From: Hydrurus foetidus
Lineage: Eukaryota
Assembly (NCBI GenBank): GCA_900617105.1
Contig: UYFQ01000236.1
Location: 1 to 55,975 of the forward strand
Length of the DNA stretch: 55,975 bases
Direction: 5' to 3'
A model generated the notes under the pieces. It was not told the origin of the DNA, did not search any database, and saw only the letters and a list, made by a program, of their open reading frames with translations. Below, one piece after another: positions 38,201-47,456 of this stretch; within the stretch, counting starts at the first letter, position 1, and the number at the start of each line of letters is the position of its first letter. The position numbers were made by a program, and so were the translations under genes.

Positions 38201-41200
38201 TCTCTTGTGAGTCTGGAAGCGAAGTACGGCAGCAGCGATATGACGATGGGCAGCAATAGCAAGAACTTTGCGGTGCTTGCTGGCACATCACTATCATTTG
38301 GATCACGTCAGACCGTCATATCAAGCGGATCAGTTGGTGTGTCACCAGGCTCAATCATCACTGGCAACTACACTCTGCAGAACGGCACAACCGAAATATC
38401 GACATATTAGCGATTCTGCCAATGACGATATGGCACTCATGTACAACTCCGGATCTACTTTGGTATGTCAGAACTACTTGACAAACGAAGATCTATCGGG
38501 TTTGAGTCTTGCACGAGGCGTGTACTGCTCATCGAGCGGGAAGTTCAGTATCGGTCAGATGCGATCAGTCGTACTGGACGCGCGAAATGTGTCAGGAGCG
38601 ACATGGGTGTTCCAGATGACGGGCAATATGACGATGGGAGCTGAGTCGACAGTGATTCTGAAGAACGGAGCATTGGCTGCGAATGTGTATTGGATAGTGG
38701 GGGGAACTGCGAATATCGGATATGCGAGCTCAGTGATGGGCACCATTATCGCCCAATCATCGATATCAGTTGGACCGTATGCGACTGTGGACGGTCGTGC
38801 TTTGTCTGTGTCTGATGTTTCATTTGGCGGCGGATCTTTGATGAAGGTACCTGACGGCATATCGACATCTGTGCAGCCTAGTCTACGACTGTATCTTGGC
38901 AGCGCTGCAAAGTTCATGGTGCTTGCGGGCACGACAGTAACATTCGGATCACCGCTGGTGGTGTTAGCAAGCGGGTCTGTCGGCACATCATCAGGAGGCG
39001 CCATCACCGGCGACTACTTACTGCAAGCAGGGACTGCTCAGGAAGGCACGCATGATGCGATACAGGCTATGAAGGACTACTTGATAGTGAACGGCGCAGC
39101 GTCAGGCGCTCTTTGTACGTCATCTCTGAGTACGGGCAGTCTGTCAGGCGTCACACTGACACCTGGTGTGTACTGCTCCGGATCCGCTGCATTGACGTTG
39201 GGCATGGAGTCGCTGACGCTTGACGCGCAGGGTGTGTCGACATCACTGTGGGTACTGAAGAGCACTGGCAGCTTGGTGACAGGCGATCACTCGTCTGTGA
39301 TACTTGTCAACGGTGCGTTATCATCGAATGTGTTCTGGTCAGTGGGCACGACAGCAACACTGGGAGCGTCAAGTTTCTTTGTGGGTCAGATTCTTGCTAT
39401 GACGGATATCGTGGTTGGATCACGGTCTGTGCTGAATGGTCGCGGGTTCACGACGACATCAGTAACGTTCGAGGGCGGCTCTCGGGTGAGTCTGGAAGCT
39501 CAGTACGGCAGCAGTGATATGACGATGGGCAGCAATAGCAAGAAGTTTGCGGTGCTTGCTGGCACATACTATCTTTGGATCAGATCAGACCGTCATATCA
39601 AGCGGATCAGTTGGTGTGTCACCAGGCAAACTTGTCACTGGCAACTATTTGCTATTGAACGGCACAACTGAATTGTCAACGTTTGTAGCCTCTTCAGCTA
39701 CTCAGGAGCTGCCGCATGTACAACTCTGGATCTACTTTGGTATGTCAGAACTACTTGACCAATGGGTCTATCAGGTGCTGAGTCTTGCACCAGGCGTGTA
39801 CTGCTCATCGAGCGGGAAGTTCAGTATCGGTCAGATGCGATCAGTGGTACTGGACGCGCGTAATGTGTCAGGAGCGACATGGGTGTTCCAGATGACGGGT
39901 AATATGACGATGGGAGCTGAGTCGACAGTGATTCTGAAGAACGGAGCATTGTCTGCGAATGTGTATTGGATAGTGGGGGGAGCTGCGAATATGGGATATG
40001 GAAGCTCAGTGATGGGCACCATTATTGCCCAATCATCGATATCAGTTCCGTATGCGACTGTGGACGGTCGTGCTTTGTCGAGTCGTTTGTTCGATTCGAA
40101 GGATCTTTCTGAAAAAACCTAACGGCATATCGACATCTGTGCAGCCTAGCCTACGCTGCATCTGGGCGCATCGCTGAAGTTCGTGCTACTTGCGGGCACG
40201 ACAGTAACATTCGGATCACCGCTGGTGGTGCTAGCAAGCGGGTCTGTCGGTACATCATCAGGAGGCGCCATCACCGGCGACTACTTGCTTGAGGAGGCAA
40301 GCTCTTCGAGGCACTCCTGCAACGATGAAGGCCATGGATGACTACTTGATAGTGAACGGCGCAGCATCAGGCGCTCTTTGTACGTCATCTCTGAGTACGG
40401 ACAGTCTGTCAGGCGTCACACTGACACCTGGTGTGTACTGCTCTGGATCCGCTGGCATTGACTCTGGGCGCATGGACGTCGCTGACGCTTGACGCGCAGG
40501 GTGTGTCGACATCACTGTGGGTACTGAAGAGCACTGGCAGCTTGGTGACAGGCGATCACTCGTCTGTGATACTTGTCAACGGTGCGTTATCATCGAATGT
40601 GTTCTGGTCAGTGGGCACGACAGCAACACTGGGAGCGTCAAGTTTCTTTGTGGGTCAGATTCTTGCTATGACGGATATCGTGGTTGGATCACGGTCAGTG
40701 CTTAATGGTCGCGGGTTCACAACGGACATCAGTGACGTTTGAGGGCGGCTCTCTACTCACACAGGTGTCTGACTCTGCTGATCAGCAAGAGATCTCCGGA
40801 TGACCCAATATTCAAAAAGGGTAGCATTTGCGTGATATCTTCGATTAATTCTAGATTCAACCAGGGTCTCTGGTCTGGAACCGATGCATCACAGGCCATG
40901 ACAGAGGCTATCGCCATCTCAATGGGAGTACCTGTCACTTCCGTTCAGTGCGGATTTGCAAGTCAACTTTGTTTGTCATCTCCTACCGCGGCACCATCTT
41001 ACCGACCGAGAAAAACTTCAAAACCTACCGCATCGACAACACGCGAACCGTCGAGAAACAAATTTGCCTCCCAGTCAACCGACGAATTCCATCCGGACAT
41101 GAGGTCTTTGGCTGCACCGACTCGAGAGCTTTCGTTCTCCATCTTCCGAGAAGTTCCAGGTGAGTCAATTGTATTGTCTTATTTTGCAAATGACTCTTTC

Positions 41201-42186
41201 TCAAACCTACTCCCATATCTGCTTACGTTAACCAAGGCAATGCATCAGCTGCAAGCGTGGCGCTGATAACGGATTCTATCAAACTGCTAGTCAAAAAGGC
41301 AATGACAAGTACCACATTGTGCAAAGTCTTTGTTGATCGCGCGTTCACCCTCAATGTGACATTCCTAATGAATGCTGGGGGCGTCGCAGATGCCGGCACG
41401 GTGTGTACTGAAGAACCTGTGTTCACTGTCATATACACACCTGGCGGCACAAACCAGCCAACATCACAGCCGTCATCCCAACCGAGCTCCGCACCCACGT
41501 CGTCGCATAGACACAAACTTAAACTGGTCACCAGTGGGTTTATCGGGTTTTTAGTAATTGTCGCATTTATCTGGTTTTTGAGATTCTATCCGGCACTACT
41601 CGCGATCATAATGAAGAAGGAGGAAGAAAAACCGGCCCACTTATACGACATTCTTGTCGTCATTAGTGAAGACGAGGAGGCCATTCTTGAGAACATTAAA
41701 CATCAAGACATCGCTTTCTATAGACGCACCAATGTTGAGGATCCCTCACAATCCCTGAGATGGACCATGAACGCTACATCAGATGTTCTTGAGAAGCGTT
41801 TCGAAGTGCAGTTCCTCGATCACTTTGACCTCTTGGGAGACAGCGGACCGAAAGCGGAGAACAAGGCCGATGCCGTGGATCACTCAGTCATCGGGGACAA
41901 ACTTGTCACCAAAGAAGTTTATGTCCACGACGCTGGGTTGCAAATGGGCATGATCATCAAGGTGAAGCCATACTACCCAGTAGATGTCATACCGCCTGAA
42001 AAAGCAGAAGCAACTCCCAGCAATCGGTCCTATCCAGGACGCGTGCCATTCGACACAGGCGCGAAATCCCCTTTAGGCCGTCGATTTGACGGACCTAAAA
42101 ATAGCGACAGACGTCCTTTCGCCAGGGAAGAGTCTGACATGAGCATTGGTAGCTCAATCACAGAAGCTACCAAAAATAAGCATTGA
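13437..42186 (+). CDS. Giant type I membrane protein with 41 tandem DUF3494 ice-binding-like domains (~9,500 aa, broken by frameshifts in this assembly)
   Basis: Signal peptide MGRRIIWLLYTLALSCSASS, then PSxxPT stalk and K/D-rich linker. An A8 to A9 correction at 14458-14465 joins the linker to the array. Repeated FAVLAG...LTPGVYC...LDA...NGA...NVFW.VG..ATLG...G.ILA...GR domains. Intron from 41160 to 41236 or 41248. TM LVTSGFIGFLVIVAFIWFL. Stop at 42186. The junction near 14170-14200 is unresolved. Confidence 0.85.
14493..40760 (+). repeat. Coding tandem array, ~1284-bp (428-aa) unit, 20.5 units = 21 A-type + 20 B-type DUF3494 domains
   Basis: The A-domain marker TCACTGTGGGTACTG recurs 21 times from ~14855 to ~40515 at ~1284-bp spacing. 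21086-31999 is an uninterrupted 3637-aa ORF. Confidence 0.95.
41160..41248 (+). other. Spliceosomal intron in the C-terminal module
   Basis: CAG|GTGAGT donor, pyrimidine-rich body, TTAAC branch-like motif. In-frame acceptors AAG (41236) or CAG (41248). Conserved in the copies at 45221 and 49268. Confidence 0.85.
41237..42186 (+). CDS. Last exon of the giant gene: juxtamembrane domain, short stalk, TM helix, cytoplasmic tail
   Basis: QPTSQPSSQPSSAPTS stalk, 19-aa hydrophobic segment followed by R and KKEEEK, then a ~190-aa tail. Confidence 0.88.
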
Positions 42187-43202
42187 GAAAATAAAGGAGG
42201 AAGGGAGGATGAAAAGTTATCTTGTCCCATAATCGGACCAGATTAAAGCAATCCTCCTCTCTCTCCTTTCTTCTCTCGCCCAAAATATCACGTAGTCATG
42301 GTGGCACTATTCGCACCGGCATCACTGCCACTTAAGTTCAAGAAACATCGCAATCGTTTCGACTGAATTGCTGCTCTACACCAGAAGAGTAGCAACTCCT
42401 TCAGCCGAAAACATTTCATGAGAAGTTTCGACGCATCCACTGCATCGCGTCAAACGGCATCAAATCATATTCTATTGAATAATTTGGTGAGCGTCTGAAT
42501 TCTCACCGAGGTCTTACGTAGTATATTCTAGTATTATTCATTTACTCTTATTGTGGGGTGATGTCAACACGGATATTCAGGCGCGTAAACTACGCCAACT
42601 TATCCGATAGTGCTGATATTTCTCCCAGGCTTTTTATTCATTCAATTATATTATATCATTTTGAAAGCCACTATAATTGTGTAGCTTATTTAGCTAATCT
42701 TTTTTCACTTTATTTTTTACATTTTTCTAATTATTTGCTATTTGCAATGATTTATTAAATTAAAAAATACCTTCTGTTTCACAAGGACAATTACTTCAGT
42801 AATTTTCGTTCCAAACCACCAGGCACTGTGACACGTTTCAAAAGCTTCTTAGAACCTATTTGAAGTGCTCTATATACATTCCACTGGTGATAGTGCTGAT
42901 AGGGTTAGAGATACCAGGTGCTGACCCACTAAGAAGATAGACCTGAAGCAGCTGTTGACCTCGACCCGAGCTCTCAGTTTTAATGGTAAACTACCAGATA
43001 CCCTAGCTCTCTTAATGTTCATAATACCCATGGCTAGAGGCATCTACTATTGGAGTTCGCTCTTGGGAGTATGTAGGGAGAGTATCTCCTTTCAGAATGC
43101 CCTCCCCACTGCAACGAAGGACTCCCAGCACCACGGGGCAACCAGCTTCTCGCATCGTCCGTACTTGGTTACGTACTCCCCGCTAGAGAGTTCGACCCGC
43201 AG

Positions 43203-43409
43203 GGCGGCGGAGTGTTGTCTAAAATAATCACGTCATGGTCAAAAACCGATAGGGGGAGGGGGGGGAGGGGGGGGGATTTTCACGAAACTTTTTAGTTTTC
43301 GCGCAACTTAATAGCTCTATAAATTACGGTTTTCATTCAATTTCCGCGAAGTAAATCGGTAAAAACGACCTCGAAAAACTTTTCGGTGAAACGGAAAATC
43401 GAAAAATCG
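43203..43409. other. Foreign spacer at duplication junction 1, possible DNA-transposon end
   Basis: Absent after the third copy (51301). Begins (CAG)GGCGGCGGAGTG, contains a G tract and CG/AAAA motifs, and fuses to mid-domain DUF3494 sequence at GGGAG. Confidence 0.6.
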
Positions 43410-46400
43410 GGGAGAGTCAAGTTTCTTTGTGGGTCAGATTCTTGCTATGACGGATATCGTGGTTGGATCACGGTCTGTGCTGAATGGTCGCGGGTTCACG
43501 AAGACATCAGTAACGTTCGAGGGCGGATCTCGGGTGAATCTGAAAGCTCAGCACAGCAGTAGCAATATTACGATTGGCAGCAATAGCAAGAAGTTTGCGG
43601 TGCTTGCAGCTACGTATGTACTCTTCGGAGCAGATCAGAACGTTGTTTCAAGCGGATCAGTTGGTGTGTCACCAGGCAAACTTGTCACTGGTAATTATTT
43701 GCTATTGAACGGCACGACTGAATTGTCGACCTTTGTAGCCACTTCAGCTACTCAGGAGCTGCCGCTGATGTTCAACCTAGGATCTACTTTGGTCTGTCAA
43801 AAAAGTCTTCCGTCCAGTAGGTTGTCCAATGCTGAACTAGGTCCAGGCGTGTACTGCTCATCGAGCGGGAAGTTCAGTATCGGTCAGATGCGATCAGTGG
43901 TACTGGACGCGCGAAATGTGTCAGGAGCGACATGGGTGTTCCAGATGACGGGCAATATGACAATGGGAGCTGAGTCGACAGTGATTCTGAAGAACGGAGC
44001 ATTGGCTGCGAATGTGTATTGGATAGTGGGGGGAGCTGCGAATATCGGGTATGGAAGCTCTTTGATGGGCACCATTATTGCCCAATCATCGATAGGATTT
44101 GGTCCGTATACATCCATGGACGGTCGTGCTTTGTCGAGTTCGTTTGTTCGATTCGAAGGTTTTTCGTCTCTTAAAAAACCTAACGGCATATCGACATCTG
44201 TGCATCCTAGCCTACAGCTGCATCTGGGCGCATCCGAGAAGTTCGTGCTACTCGCGCGCACAACGATAACATTTGGATCATTGCTGACACTGCTAGCAAG
44301 CGGCTTCATCGGTACATCATCGGGAGGCGCCATCACTGGTAGCTACGTGCTTGAGGATGGCGAAGCTCTTCGAGGTACTCCTGCAACGATGAAGGCCATG
44401 GATGACTTCTTGGTATTACATGGTGCAGCATCAGGCACTCTCTGTAAATCCACCGTGAGTAACGGCCTCCTATCAGACCTCACACTGACACCTGGTGTGT
44501 ATTGCTCTGGATCCTCGGCATTGACGCTGGGCGCTTGGACTTCGTTGACGCTTGACGCGCAGAATGTGTCGACATCACTGTGGGTACTGAAGAGCAATGG
44601 CACCTTGGTGACAGGCGATCACTCGTCTGTGATACTTGTCAACGGTGCGTTATCATCGAATGTGTTCTGGTCAGTGAAAACGACAGCAACACTGGGAGCG
44701 TCAAGTTTCTTTGTGGGTCAGATTCTTGCTAGGGCGGATATTTTGGTTGGAGCACGTGCAGTGCTTAATGGTCGCGGGTTCACAACGGAATCCGTGACGT
44801 TTGAGGGCGGCTCTCTACTCACACAGGTGTCTGACTCTGCTGATCACAAGAGATCTCCGGATGACCCAATATTCAAAAAGGGTAGCATTTGCGTGATATC
44901 TTCGATTAATTCTAGATTCAACCAGGGTCTCTGGTCTGGAACCGATGCATCACAGGCCATGACAGAGGCTATCGCCATCTCAATGGGAGTACCTGTCACT
45001 TCCGTTCAGTGCGGATTTGCAAGTCAACTTTGTTTGTCATCTCCTACCGCGGCACCATCTTACCGACCGAGAAAAACTTCAAAACCTACCGCATCGACAA
45101 CACGCGAACCGTCGAGAAACAAATTTGCCTCCCAGTCAACCGACGAATTCCATCCGGACATGAGGTCTTTGGCTGCACCGACTCGAGAGCTTTCGTTCTC
45201 CATCTTCCGAGAAGTTCCAGGTGAGTCAATTGTGCTGTCTTATTTTGCAAATGACTCTTTCTCAAACCTACTCCCATATCTGCTTACGTTAACCAAGGCA
45301 ATGCATCAGCTGCAAGCGTGGCGCTGATAACGGATTCTATCAAACTGCTAGTCAAAAAGGCAATGACAAGTACCACATTGTGCAAAGTCTTTGTTGATCG
45401 CGCGTTCACCCTCAATGTGACATTCCTAATGAATGCTGGGGGCGTCGCAGATGCCGGCACGGTGTGTACTGAAGAACCTGTGTTCACTGTCATATACACA
45501 CCTGGCGGCACAAACCAGCCAACATCACAGCCGTCATCCCAACCGAGCTCCGCACCCACGTCGTCGCATAGACACAAACTTAAACTGGTCACCAGTGGGT
45601 TTATCGGGTTTTTAGTAATTGTCGCATTTATCTGGTTTTTGAGATTCTATCCGGCACTACTCGCGATCATAATGAAGAAGGAGGAAGAAAAACCGGCCCA
45701 CTTATACGACATTCTTGTCGTCATCAGTGAAGACGAGGAGGCCATTCTTGAGAACATTAAACATCAAGACATCGCTTTCTATAGACGCACCAATGTTGAG
45801 GATCCCTCACAATCCCTGAGATGGACCATGAACGCTACATCAGATGTTCTTGAGAAGCGTTTCGAAGTGCAGTTCCTCGATCACTTTGACCTCTTGGGAG
45901 ACAGCGGACCGAAAGCGGAGAACAAGGCCGATGCCGTGGATCACTCAGTCATCGGGGACAAACTTGTCACCAAAGAAGTTTATGTCCACGACGCTGGGTT
46001 GCAAATGGGCATGATCATCAAGGTGAAGCCATACTACCCAGTAGATGTCATACCGCCTGAAAAAGCAGAAGCAACTCCCAGCAATCGGTCCTATCCAGGA
46101 CGCGTGCCATTCGACACAGGCGCGAAATCCCCTTTAGGCCGTCGATTTGACGGACCTAAAAATAGCGACAGACGTCCTTTCGCCAGGGAAGAGTCTGACA
46201 TGAGCATTGGTAGCTCAATCACAGAAGCTACCAAAAATAAGCATTGAGAAAATAAGGGAGGAAGGGAGGATGAAAAGTTATCTTGTCCCATAATCGGACC
46301 AGATTAAAGCAATCCTCCTCTCTCTCCTTTCTTCTCTCGCCCAAAATATCACGTAGTCATGGTGGCACTATTCGCACCGGCATCACTGCCACTTAAGTTC

Positions 46401-47263
46401 AAGAAACATCGCAATCGTTTCGACTGAATTGCTGCTCTACACCAGAAGAGTAGCAACTCCTTCAGCCGAAAACATTTCATGAGAAGTTTCGACGCATCCA
46501 CTGCATCGCGTCAAACAGCATCAAATCAAGTTCTATTGAATAATTTGGTGAGCGTCTGAAATCTCATCGAGGTCTTACGTAGTATATTCTAGTATTATTT
46601 ATTTACTCCTATTATGGGGTGATGTCAACACGGATATTCAGGCGCGTAAACTACGCTAAATTATCTGATAGTGCTGGTATTTCTCCCAGGCTTTTTATTC
46701 ATTCAATTATATTATATAATTTTGAAAGCCACTATAATTGTGTAGCTTATTTAGCTAATCTTTTTTCACTTTATTTTTTACATTTTTCTAATTATTTGCT
46801 ATTTGCAATGATTTATTAAATTAAAAAATACCTTCTGTTTCACAAGGACAATTACTTCAGTAATTTTCGTTCCAAACCACCAGGCACTGTGACACGTTTC
46901 AAAAGCTTCTTAGAACCTATTTGAAGTGCTCTATATACATTCCACTGGTGATAGTGCTGATAGGGTTAGAGATACCAGGTGCTGACCCACTAAGAAGATA
47001 GACCTGAAGCAGCTGTTGACCTCGACCCGAGCTCTCAGTTTTAATGGTAAACTACCAGATACCCTAGCTCTCTTAATGTTCATAATACCCATGGCTAGAG
47101 GCATCTACTATTGGAGTTCGCTCTTGGGAGTATGTAGGGAGAGTATCTCCTTTCAGAATGCCCTCCCCACTGCAACGAAGGACTCCCAGCACCACGGGGC
47201 AACCAGCTTCTCGCATCGTCCGTACTTGGTTACGTACTCCCCGCTAGAGAGTTCGACCCGCAG
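43410..47263 (+). repeat. Tandem duplicate (copy 2) of the 3' end of the giant gene plus ~1 kb of downstream flank
   Basis: Near-identical to ~39362-43202. The last-exon protein is identical. Confidence 0.93.
43429..46247 (+). pseudogene. 5'-truncated paralog: partial A + B + A DUF3494 domains, TM and tail, no signal peptide
   Basis: Open frame 43429-45220, intron from 45221, last exon to 46247. Starts mid-domain, with the first ATG at 43447 and an in-frame TGA at 43387. Confidence 0.7.
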
Positions 47264-47456
47264 GGCGGCGGAGTGTTGTCTAAAATAATCACGTCATGGT
47301 CAAAACCGATAGGGGGGGGGGGGATTTCACGAAACTTTTTAGTTTTCGCGCAACTTAATAGCTCTATAAATTACGGTTTTCATTCAATTTCCGCGAAGTA
47401 AATCGGTAAAAACGACCTCGAAAAACTTTTCGGTGAAACGGAAAATCGAAAAATCG
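47264..47456. other. Foreign spacer at duplication junction 2
   Basis: Same sequence and breakpoints as 43203-43409, differing only in homopolymer lengths. Confidence 0.6.

Noticed and set aside
14858..40705. Recurrent alternative-frame and antisense ORFs (MGTEEHW..., MMAPPDDV..., MLFSTHSD...)
   Set aside because: These are shadows of the repeated DUF3494 coding unit and recur only because the unit does.
42558..43227. Short ORFs in the duplicated downstream flank (also 46619-47288 and 50654-51404)
   Set aside because: Non-ATG starts in AT-rich or low-information sequence, conserved only through recent duplication.
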